Of a DNA stretch of 64,000 nt, positions 14,527-27,300 are shown in pieces. The stretch comes from Chrysomallon squamiferum (lineage: Eukaryota; Animalia; Mollusca): positions 18,414,001-18,478,000 of the forward strand of contig CM022673.1 of NCBI GenBank assembly GCA_012295275.1, in the 5' to 3' direction. The position numbers and the translations under genes were made by a program. Each line of letters begins with the position of its first letter. Within the stretch, counting starts at the first letter, position 1. The notes beneath the pieces were generated by a model. That model had not been told where the DNA came from and ran no database searches. It saw only the letters and a program-made list of their open reading frames with translations.

Positions 14527-15595
14527 CTAAAGAAGCACAATATAAAGTAATAAAAGTGCCGGAGTTTATGAATCGCCGACGACTTGTAGTTCTTTATTAT
14601 TAGCAAAGTTTTGGAAGGATTGAGTCTTCAAACAAGTCATCATCATTGTAGAGTCGTAGTGTCCCATCATAAAGCAAAACTGACTGTATATAAATAAAAC
14701 CAAAATATATTACTTGTAATGACAATCAACTACAAACACACAAAGCACCTGATGTCCTGATGTAACTTATAGGTATTGGTTGATCCCTTGAAATCATAAA
14801 CAGTTGTCGAACTTTGCCTATTTCGCCATTTTGTTTCTTTTTGTAAATTATATCAAAATCTGGATCGAATCGCCTGCATGGAGAGAAATGAAGAAAATTG
14901 TTTATCATGTAAACAAAAAATAGTATCTTTCAGTTGCTTATTTATTACATGAATATATATATATTAATATTTACAAAGCTTTTAAAACTAGTAATTTTGT
15001 ATTCAAACTTTTAATCTGCTTTACCTCGAGCAAAACGTAATATTTTGTTTATAAACACTGATTTTTATCTCGATGTTGTAACCAGAACATTTATAACATT
15101 TTTCCATTTTTCTCTTTTCGATATTTCATTGTTGACGATATATCTTTTAATAACATATGATTAATGATATATGTCTTTGTAATAACATGATATTACTTAT
15201 TAATAAAATATCACAACTACACATTACTATTTAGTAAACAACGTGCTATTTGTCAAAAAATTATATATATATAATATTGTGTGCGTAATGGAAAATACAG
15301 TATAAATGACGTATAGTTTTTACTTGTTAAAAGCACAAAACAAAACTCGATTTTTCTCTTTGGCCAAATCATAACAAGACTGGATTGTCTTTGTAGTGAG
15401 AGATACTGGTTTCTCACAAAATACGTGTTTTCCTGGAATTGTAAAGAGAATAATTGTTAACGAGTATAATTATTTTGGAATATGAACGAGATGGCAGATT
15501 CAGCAAAAAGAAAAGAAAATATTAAAGAACAAACTAGGATACTCAAAATAACCGTTAACAAATATGATCAGTGTAAAGTGGTCAGCGGGTGTACC

Positions 15596-15683
<88 letters not shown>

Positions 15684-16542
15684 ACAATAATATAAATTAT
15701 GCAAATAAAATTAATATTCCATGTCAAATCCCCCCCTCAAAAACCAAATTTAAACCCGACTGTCTCAGACTTTTATGAAACTTGGTATACTTGTTGACTG
15801 GGATCCCACAGCACCAAATCTGAAATATTAGCCCAATTGGATCAGTGGTGTGGGAGATATGGCCCACCGAATTTTGAGATTTTTGGCAAAAATGGGCGTG
15901 ACCACCAACTTTTGAATACTCATATCTCAGGAACTACTGGGCCAATCTTCATAAAAATATTGGGGTACATTGACAATATAGATTTAAAAGATGCCCATAC
16001 ATGAAAATAACACCTTTTCAGCCATTAACATCTGATTAACTAAAACATGAATGATCAATTCTGGATGCTAGGAATCATAATGTTAATGGCTGAAAAGGTG
16101 TTATTTTCATGTATGTGCATTTTTTAAATCTATATTAACAAAAATGGCCGATTTGGAATCCGTGTCATATTGCCTTTCCAACAATACCAATTTTATGAAG
16201 ATTGGCCCATTAGTTCCTGAGATATGAGTGTTCAAAGGTTGGTGGTCACGCCAATTTTTGCCAAAAATCTCAAAATTCGTATCTCCCACACCACTGATCC
16301 GATTGGGCTAATATTTCAGATTTGGTGCTATGGGATCCCAGTCAACAAGTATACCAAGTTTCATAAAAATCTGAGACGGTCGGGTTTAACCCACTGGGTG
16401 ATTTGACACATATTAATTTAAACTGATGGAATGGACACAAATAAATAATGACGGTTAGTTATAGTTAATTAACCCTATCCTTTTCTGTATTTATTTTAAA
16501 TCTTTAACATATAATGAACGCGACAAAAAAAAAAAAAAAAAA

Positions 16543-16574
<32 letters not shown>

Positions 16575-17220
16575 TAAAAAAAATAAAAATAAAAATAAAA
16601 TAAATAAATAAATAATAAAAATATCAGGAGAAGATAACTCAAACTTGCCGTTGACTAAAGATTTCTTCACGATTTCTTCATGGAATGACGTGGGTGTACA
16701 AACAAACACAGCCTCGACACTGAAAAAATGTAAACATTTTTATCTGGAAATAATAGTAATCAATGTTTCTTCACTAGACAAAATTACAATTTATTCATAA
16801 TGTGAACGCCCTATTGTAACTAAAATGTATTAGAATATATTAAATAGTGAAGATTCAAGAAAATACAATATATATGTAAATGTGTATGTTTACATATTCT
16901 ATATTTAATTTAATTTTATTATTATTATTTATTTTTAATTATAATTCAAATTTGTCCTGCAGTTTATAATAACTAAAATGTAACCAAAACCTTTTGTCTG
17001 AAAACACCGTGTCCGCTTCTTCCACCGATACCAGTCGGGTTAAGTGTTCCAGTCTGTATTTCTTTAACAATGTAAGAATGTCGGGATGGAACTTTCGGTC
17101 ATCAACTATCCACTTTATCTCAACACGAAAACCTCGTGTAAGGTTATATAAGTGAACTCTTCCAATTCTTCCCATACCAAATATTGCGATTTTAACATAG
17201 GTATTTTCCACTGTGGCCAT
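12973..17220 (-). CDS. Gfo/Idh/MocA-family oxidoreductase, myo-inositol 2-dehydrogenase-like, copy B (7 exons, 351 aa; GC-AG intron 2)
   Basis: Exons 17220-16991, 16719-16649, 15432-15324, 14873-14749, 14348-14116, 13648-13486, 13097-12973. Exon sizes match copy A except the last. Motifs FGMGRIG, CEKP, GGIFHDYCVHQLD, YGFDQRLE. The intron 2 donor is G|GCAAGT. Confidence 0.9.
13670..14095. repeat. intronic minisatellite, ~26-bp unit ggtattatttatgtgtatttctgtgt
   Basis: About 15 degenerate tandem units in intron 5 of copy B. They generate the spurious + strand ORFs at 13694-14247. Confidence 0.85.
15722..16408. mobile_element. foldback/MITE-like non-autonomous element with very long inverted arms
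   Basis: 15722-15956 is the near reverse complement of 16191-16408 (tgtcaaatc...gatttgaca). An inner perfect 36-bp inverted repeat lies at 15996-16031/16080-16115 and extends imperfectly. Flanked by ttaatat..atattaa. Lies in intron 2 of copy B and is absent from copy A. Confidence 0.85.
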
Positions 17221-17716
17221 CTTTAAATTATAAAACAGATCAACAATCTTACCTCGAAACACTCGAGGTAGGATTTGTTTTAGAATTCGGACTCGATTCA
17301 GGTACGAAACAGCATATCGCCGTGCAAATTGCAGATAAATATAATACAGTTCTCCACAAAACATTAATCACGGGAAAGTTAAGCTAAAAGCCGTAAAGAT
17401 ATAAGTGATATTTACGTTCATTTAATAATAATAACAAAAATAATAAAGTAATAACAATAATAATATCAACAACAACAATAATATAGTAATAACAATAATA
17501 AATACAATCAGTTGAATAACAATAGTAATAATAATAATGATAATTATGTTTTTCCATTTGGAAACTGAAGATAAAATCATTATAAAAAACGCTATGTAAT
17601 GACCAGATTGTCATGAATCTGTGATCAACAGTATGTATAGTGTATTTTTCGTCTTCACAGCTTAAATCAGATTATTTCTTTTTCTGTCTTTCTTTTATAT
17701 ATTATTATTATTATAA

Positions 17717-17779
<63 letters not shown>

Positions 17780-20700
17780 GTTGTTGTTATTATTATTGGT
17801 TTTTTTTTTTTTATATATATATTTTTTTATTATTTTTTATTATTATTTTTTCTTTTTTTTGTTGTTTTGTTGTTATTTTTCTAATGGAAATTGGGAGTAC
17901 ACCTTAAATTCATCAGGAAGAAAATTATAATTTTATTTTCTTATATTACATTTCTCTTCAAAATGTTACTTACATTGTCTGAAATATGTGTTAGATAGAA
18001 ATCATTTCAGTATTAAAGTATTCACTGAAAAAAGATACCTATAAATATAATCTGAAAATGTACAGCAGTAATTTTTATATATTGTAAATTATAAATAAAT
18101 AAGTAAAGTAAGTAAATAAATAAATATGCTCTCACAACAACAACTCATTTTCATTACAATATTTTTAATATCTGTCTTGTTTTGGTTGAAAGAGCACAGG
18201 AATTAGATGATTCCTTTCATGATATACATTAATGAGTTATATCTTAAAATAAAATATAAATGTTGAGGTGAATGATTAAATGGCAACATCTGTTTATTCA
18301 GCAGTAGGGTTAAGAAAAAAGGTGAATATAGGTTATGTGAATGCTGCAACCTGTCTAGGTTAAAATTCTAGGAATAACTATCCATGTTATTAAATGATTG
18401 GGTATTTTTTTTTGTTGTGGTTTTGTTGTTATCTAATTTGCTTCTTTATTCATGGTTTTAAATTATCTTAATGATATCAAGCATTTTTATATCAGCCTAT
18501 TCAGATTTTGATTTACATTTGCCTTCAGCCACATTAAGCAATTTGTTTTGAACAGGCTGTAAGCATGACAAATAAAATCTCATAATTTGTTTAAATGTGG
18601 AGAAAAAATAAAAAAACCATAAAAATCGTTTTAAAAAAATCAGTATTAAGTATATAATTTGTAGAAAAAACAATTCAATGTTCAGTTAACTCTAAATATA
18701 CAAAGAAAAATATTTGGTTTGTCATAATTCTAACTGCTGTACAGATACAAAATTTAGTTAGCCTGCTCTCTGAAACAACATAATGAACATTCCAGATTGG
18801 CAAGTGCTAGTTTGGTCAAGTATCAGAAATTAATATAAAATTCATAACTCGGTGTCAAAATAACCTATGAACAACCAATCTGGATTATTTAGCTGAAACA
18901 GTTTTAGAGTATTTGCAATGTAATGTGAGGGGTGTGGATGTTTAAAAATGACCAGTTCTCTACTGTATGTTATCATTTGGTGGCCAACACTTTTGTTTCT
19001 TGCTATTTTCTCTTATTAACTGTTGGAAAGGAACGTTTTAAGAACTAAAACAGAAATAAGGAAAAACTAAATATTTGGTGTAGAAACATTTGCATATTTT
19101 ATTGGTTAAGCACTGAAAAAAGATACAATGTTATAAAATCATGTTAAGTACATTCAACTATAAAATACTACAATACACAGACTAGACAGTTTATATTATA
19201 GATACCACATACTGACAAGACAAATATTATACCTATAATTATATTGCATGATATTAGGATTACATTTGGCACTTCGGCATAATAATAATAATAATAGTTT
19301 TCTCAGTAGTAATGTAAGCAGCATGCATATTCAACTTTGACATGTTACAAATATGTCTTTATACTTTTAAGTTAAAATGACAAAACTATTATTTTGGTCT
19401 GCTAATATTATAAAGCCAAGGTGAGAACCTCTGTCGAAGAAAGTAAAACAATTTGAGATTTCTGTTATTTGGTATAATCTGAGACCATTTGACTTTTGTT
19501 ACATAGTATTATGAGACAATTTACCTCATTTTTTTTCCTTTTAAATTTAACTGACATGGTCATAACAATTAATTGTATATTAGAATTTAGATCCTTATCA
19601 CTACCATTTTTAACATAACCACATACTGAGTACCTTCATAAACACACAATAATCATAATGAACTTCAAAAATGTACTGATGTGATAATTCTGGAAGTATA
19701 ACAATAAGTTAAGATTTATCATATGAGCCCAAGTACATCTTTGTTGTTAAAGCCCAGTATTAGATATAACCATTTTTGAATCACTGTACAATTATTCATT
19801 ACATTGTTACAAAGTTGAGATCTTATGATTTTTCACAAATCTTTGGCATGTTAAAACATGGTTTTTCAGGGTTCAGTTATTTGTTTCATTTACAGATTAA
19901 ATTTTGTTTTTAATATTATTTAATTATTTTATTATTTTTCTTTTTTTAAAAATTATTTATTAATTTACTAAGCATATTTTGTTTTCTGGTTTAAGAGTTG
20001 TACAAGTCTTTTCTTTACAGTAAAATGAAAGAAAAAAATCACATAAACTTGCCCTTTTTACATCTGAAACTCACATGCAAACATGAAATAGTATAATAGA
20101 AGAAATTTTTTAAATAAACATACAAGTGTAATAAAATAAATAATCTATAACACGTTTAACATGCATCATTAAGACCTGCGAGAATAAAGAAAATCTATGA
20201 ACAATAACATACATTACACAGGATAAGGAAAACTAAATGATTTTATATAAAAGAATAAAGATGTTTTACATAGCTAATAATCACAACCATTCTAATAGTT
20301 TCTACTAATAAGTTAAGTCTATCTTTTACAATACAAAGAAACAATACAAGCCATACACAGTGAATGAAATAAATGTTTTCTCCACTAGAAGAATGTTAAC
20401 TATGAAAGCTAAGTCCAATATAATTTGTTACTTGAACTATCTGGTTAAAGTAACTAATTATATCTCACTTTTTATTCACTTATTAATTACAAATTGTACT
20501 TCATTAAAAAAAAATATAACAAACATTTTTTCTTGTTTTGGGGTTTATTTGTTGCTGTTTTTAGTTTATAGACGGCAGTTTTGTTTTTAGTTTACAGATG
20601 GCAGTTTTTAGTTGGAGATGGGGTTTTTGGTGGGGTTTAACGAATGATGTTGAGCATATTTTCCATGCTCATTGAAATAACAGTAAAAAGTGAAAAATGC

Positions 20701-23700
20701 AAGATACCACATGATGTGTAACAAAACATGAAAATAAGGATGATTTCACTCTGTATGACAACATGAAACTTGCTTGTCATGGATTGTATGGAGACATTGT
20801 TAAAATGTCAATAGTCTTACAACAGTTATTACAGGATATATTTTTAACATCTGCAAGTTCAGTTAGTTAATTTTAAATAAATTTATGTTTTATTTTGTTT
20901 AAATTATTATTATTTTTATTTTTAACCATCACATCTAACATTAATACTTCCAATATTCACAGCAATTATAATTACTTTAGAAACTAATATTGGTTTTTAT
21001 TTTCTTAATTTCTTTCCCTTTTTCCCCACAATGCTCCACTGTTGATATTATTCAATTTACATTATAATGTAAAACATCAAACTGACATATACAAGAAAGA
21101 ACAAATCTACTGAATACACTGGCTATAAAAATATAATTAAGATCAGTATTGAAAGCTATAAAACCAGCTGTTGGAAGAAGTGTGATAAAAATTAGTTTCA
21201 AACAGTATTATACAAGTAAAAATAAAAAAATCATAATTAATAAAAACAACAATTGAAGGCACTAAACTAGACTTGAACAAAATACCAGCAGTCTTTTTTT
21301 TTTAAATTTTAGAAATAATTATATTTAATAAAATGATCCATGCACACCCAGGCATGTTAGTCAGAATTCAATAAAATGCAGCATAGCAACATATATACAT
21401 ACACATTTATATATATATATAAAAAAAAATCCTAAAAATAACATTAAATTATATATACATATTAATACAAATAACATTACACTGTATATTTTGTTATTAA
21501 CACATTCAAATAATATTACACTGTATGTATATATTAACACATACAAATGACATTACATTATATATATTAATATATACATATAGCATTACATTATACAAAT
21601 TACACGTATGTGTGAAAAAAGGCTGAAATATATTTTCTCGATCTGTCATGTGAAAATGTTCAGTAAAAATCAAATGATAAATTTTAAGTTCTTCTGTCAT
21701 TCTGACTTTCCATCAAAGTGACCAGTGAAACAGTGGCCATAAATATTGCACACAGTAAAATTACATGTAAGCATATACTTGGTTTTTAATATTCTTAATA
21801 AAACACTTGTAATATGTAAACCAATGTTCACAATTAGTGTTATTTTAAAGAATTACAGAAATGTATTATTAATTATTAAATTACAATTATAGTTAACAAA
21901 GAAGTTAAGTTTAAATAATGAAATGTTTTATAAAAAAGTTTGTGATGTTTATACACCACATATTAAAAGATAATGCTAAGGTGGTGAAAACAAAATGTAC
22001 AAAAATATAATTCTTACAACAGATAATTTTAAAATATTAATCTTATGTTTTAAGATGTCTGTATTTTTTATTATTTTTCATTTGAAATGTTGATAGTATT
22101 TTAGTGCGTAGTTAAGATATGTGAAGAGTATAAAAAAATATTACAGTCAAAATATTTATATGATAAAGATTATTAAATGAATATCTGAAAATGGTAGTGT
22201 TAGATGATTTGATTAGTATATTAATATAATATGAAGACAAACACTGACAAAAATGATGCATCATCTTAAAAAATAACTAGTGATAAAAATAAAGGTTCAA
22301 ATATTAATATTTTAAAAGTAAATACTAAAACTAAACCTTGTTTTAATGTTTATAAAATGCTAAATAAAACAATACTAAAACTACAAATGTTTAAATATTA
22401 ATAATACTAAACTACAAGTAAATCATGTTGTATAAGTAGTAAAGACATGCTCTGTATACAAAGGCAATGAGTTTAAAAACTGAAAAGTAAGGCACTTTAT
22501 GCGAGGCAAGCTACAATCACAGCATATCCTATGGTCCTCTACTTGTGTATAAAAGTACAAAAAAAATATTCATTAAACTACTATCACCTTTTCATGAGAC
22601 AGTTTTCAAATTAAAATCAAATCTCATTAAAAAAAATAATAGTAAAAATAAAAGTTAATTATTAAAATAAAAACAAAATTTAAAAAAATTTCTAATGACT
22701 AATATATTTATAAATTTATTTAAAATTATAAATAAAAACATTTTTATTTTATTTTAATTTTTTTGAAATCAGGTCTAAAACAGATATTTTCCATACAATT
22801 TTAAGTATTGTTAGTGAAAATAGCAACAAGATAAACAAATATACTAAACTTGTATTAGAAAAAACCCCAGCAGATGAGCTATGCAATTTTATTTTGTATC
22901 TTATTATGATCTCTAACATTTTTTTCTATAAAATCGTTTTCTACAAATTTCAAATCATTTTCAGTGTAAAACATACAGATTAATAATACTAATCAAACAA
23001 TGATAAAAACGTGACCTAGAGGGAGTTCTTTGTATTGCACATGAATATTTAGATGCATAGTTAATTCTGTTTGGCATCAGCAGTTACCCTCTGTGTGTAA
23101 AAACAAATATTATTCTAAAATTTTAAAATTTAAAAAATATAGAAATGTTTGAAGATTACTTATCTTCTATCTGTGACCAGAAAAACCTGCAGAATAATTA
23201 TTAACTATAAAATATAAAAACATTTAAGTACAAAGACCACCAGACTGAAGACACAAACATTTCAATGAATGACAAAAAATCCTGCATGAAGTGGACACCT
23301 GTAGAAACAGGACCAATATGTTATCTTGTCTATAGCAAACTGATTGTCATAACAATTCATTATGTTAACTTGTAAACAAAAACTTATAAACTCAGTTATA
23401 AACTAGCTGAAATTACTAAATAAACCAATTCTTCATTTCAAAAAAAAAAGAAGAAAAGAAAGGTTTTCTTCCAAAATATTTTTCAGTAATCAGTTAAAAC
23501 AAATTCATACTGAAAAATACATGTATTTTAGTTATGTATCTTCTGTAAACATTAAGAATAATTTATAAAGAAATCATTCAACTAAATAAAATCCATATTC
23601 AGAAATGTTGGATTTCTTCTAAATGTGAATACAATTAGATTTGATATTTCAAAATTCTAATGTTTTATATTTTATGGATTTCTTACAAATTTTGGTCCAT

Positions 23701-24314
23701 AAAATCATATAAAATTTTGTTATTAATACTTTGTAAATTATAGGTAATGGATTTCTTCCAGACTAATTCTGTGTTAAGAATAACAACTTTGTAACTCTGG
23801 AATTCTGTACTAAATTAAATCAGCAAGCACCATAATTCTTCCAAAAGTAAAAAAAATAAGAAATGTTAATTGCAAATTTCAAAATGAAATCTTTACCATT
23901 TTGCAAGTAAATAAATTCTTCAAAACCTTCATTCCATGTTACAAAAATTTCTTGATAAACATGATCCACAGAGTAGGATGAGAAATCCTAAGAATTAGAA
24001 GACACTGATTGTTGAAAATGTCTTGATCTGGATACAAGATCCACTGGTTTTGTGATAAAACATTCACTGAATTTGTATGTTGTAATATAGCATTACAGTG
24101 AAAAGTAAACTGTGAAACCACTGGCATTTTTTATTCATTGAAAACCTGTTTTCTGAAATATATTATGAAAAACGGAAAGAGATACCAATGATTTCTTTGA
24201 AATATTAACAAACATTCTGTTAAAGAAACCACTGGTTTGTCTACACTGAAGAGCTGTTACTGGAAGACAGGTTTATACAAGATATGAAGTACTGAGGTGT
24301 AATGACTGGACTGT

Positions 24315-27300
24315 TCAACCCCGATGACCTCCATATGTCGGGTTTGTGAAAGTTGATGTGGCTTGTTTGTAAATTGGATTCTCACCCTGTAATAACAAAC
24401 AACCAGGTGTTAACACTGTAATCATCTACACTCACTAAGGTACTGCTTTAAAGTTCTCATCAAAATAGAGATAATTAGATCTGACTATTATTTTGAAAAA
24501 ACATTTTTAACTTGGTGTTGCGCAGAGATTTCAAGATTACAACAATACAACCAAATCAAGACTTTTTGTCCAATCCAATTAATATTTTTTAAGATGTGTT
24601 TACATAACAAATATTTAACTCATCTATACTCACAGTTAAGTGAAAAGGGCTGTAAACCCAATAGGCATTAAATACACACATACTTAATAACTTTTCTTTT
24701 GAAGAAATAAAATATAACTTACAAGACTTAATTAAGTATAATCATGCTGTTATTTCCAAAATTTACTACCGAAAAATAAAAAATTTTTATTTACCATTTC
24801 CCAAGTTGCATTCTGTCTTTCCTTCTCAAACTTGGCAAACTCTCTCCTGTCATGGATCATTGTCAACATTTTCCAGATGAGGAGGAGAGCTAGACCCACT
24901 GCAACAATCCCACCCACCACTCCACCCACTATTGCCAGAATGTTCACAGACTCAGGACACACTGATAGTTATAAAATAATCAACAAAATTAATAAAAAGA
25001 CTGTGTTAATGATCAATTTTATACTGAACAAAAAACAAATCACATGTTAAAGTTTCAAAACAAAATCAAAATGATTTGTGGACTGCAGAATAGAATATTT
25101 AGTTAAATTATTGCATTTTGTAAAATAAATATCCAATTAATTATATATTTAAATACAGAACCAAACAACTATATTTGTTAAATGGAATAGTGAAGTTTTC
25201 TGTGGTTTACATAAAACATTAGTATAGAACTTAATGGAATTTCTTTTTTTTATAAATAAAATATTAAAAACTATCAGCTTACAAATACATAATGAAAATA
25301 TAGTTATAACTATAAATATTAAAAGCAGATCTAAAAATGGTCTAAAGTATTTTTGTATACTGTAATCAAAGTGATGGAATACTTCTATTTAATTGTGTTA
25401 TAGTTTACCTTTTGTTCTCTGCACAACAATGTGAATTGCTTTGTTTTCATCATACTCGTATGTGAAATAAAACAAACACTCATCATCATCTTTGAAACGA
25501 CACATCTTAACTCCATCAGACTCTGAAACCACAACTACTAATGTAAACACAATACAGAACAATGTGCAGTGTAAAAGAGAAAGAAGAAAAAAGTTTACTT
25601 CTGCATACAGAAATAACAAATGCACACATTTAACATCCTTAAACTTTCCTATGTTTCATTATTAAAAAATGATTTATTTTTGGTACTGGAATGTTTTCAT
25701 TCATAAACACAATGACATTTATCACAACAATTTTTGTTTCAAGGAAATGCCAATTTAGACTGAATATTTTACTAAAATTCAAATCAAATATGAATTTCAT
25801 TTCTGAATTGACATAAGACAGGTTCGTAAGTACATCCAATGAGTAGATAGAATTTCACAAGAAATATTATCATTTACAAACTCAAAATATGAAACAAATT
25901 TAAAACTGCTCAAACTACTGTGGATAAATTTAACATTATAATACAATGCATAAATAACATACTCCAAACTGTAACTAGTAAAAAATATGTCTTTTAATTA
26001 TCTCTTTAATCTATGTGTATCCTGAAACACTGCATTTTTTTTTGATAATTCTAGAAAAATTATATTTTTGAAAAAAACCTACTGTTAACAATTTTAAACA
26101 CTACCTTTTACTTCATCTTTGACGACGATGTTGTGACAGTCACGCTGACACTGTTCTCTTGTGAGAGGTCCTGTCTCAAAGGCAAAACACTGAACACACT
26201 CCTTGTTTTCAGCACATTTACCTGGACATGTCTGTGTAAACATAAAACATTTTTTATTATAGTTGTAATGAAGTCTGTGAAAAAATAAAACTGTTTTACA
26301 TTTTAGTTATAATAAAGTCTGGATAAAAATGAAACTGTATTACATACTTGTAACAAAGTCTGTAAAAATAAAACTGTATTATATTTTAGTTATAATAAAG
26401 TCTGTTTAAAAATAAAACTGTATTATATTATAGTTCTAATCAAAACACTGAACACACTCCTTGTTCTCAGCCCATTTACATGTCTCTGTAAAATGACAAA
26501 AACTTTTTAACAGTTTTTTTTTATGTGATATGCTAAGTAGAAAAAAAAGAAATAAACATAAAATCATCAAAAATCTCCATAGATTTCACTGAATCTCAAA
26601 TAAATAATCACTTATTTAGGCTTTTTGTTCACACCATTACCAGTAAACTTAAACAAAAGACAACAACAATAATGGAATAATATTTACACCGACAACTCCA
26701 TGCTTTAATAATTACAATAAAATGATATATAAAAAAAGATTCCAAACTTACTGGACATTCTTCACATGTAGGTCCTCGGTACAGAGTGTTTTTATCACAC
26801 ACACAGCTTCCACAAATACACGTACCAAAACCATTACACTCTTTCTGTAAACGAACAATCACCTCATTTAATAAACAAATAAATAAATAATAAACAAATA
26901 AATAAATAATAAACAAACAAACAAACAAACAAACAATACAATAAAGTTAAATACTGTCAACAAAACTTTTCAATTTCTGCATTCTCCATAAAGCCTTTTT
27001 TAACAGGTTTCTGACACAAAACAATATTTTTAATGTACCAGCAATAAATCACCTTAAGTAAAAAAGTAATAATTACAAAACTGAAAAATTGTGCTATTTA
27101 TAAAGTCAGGGAAAAAAAACTTAGAAGAAATTGTAACCACTGTATTATAATTAACCTCATAAACTATTAAATTTCTCAAACAAAATTATGACTGATAATA
27201 AATTATAAAAGAAAAATTAAACTGACCCCATTAGCAGAAATACAGTCTGTGTTGTCTTGTTTACACTCACAGGAAGTTCCATTATATGGAGGTTTACAAT

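Noticed and set aside
17221-17364. N-terminal extension of the 141-aa ORF upstream of MATVENT
   Set aside because: Not conserved in copy A; both copies share tttaaag|ATG, which is more likely an acceptor or UTR boundary.
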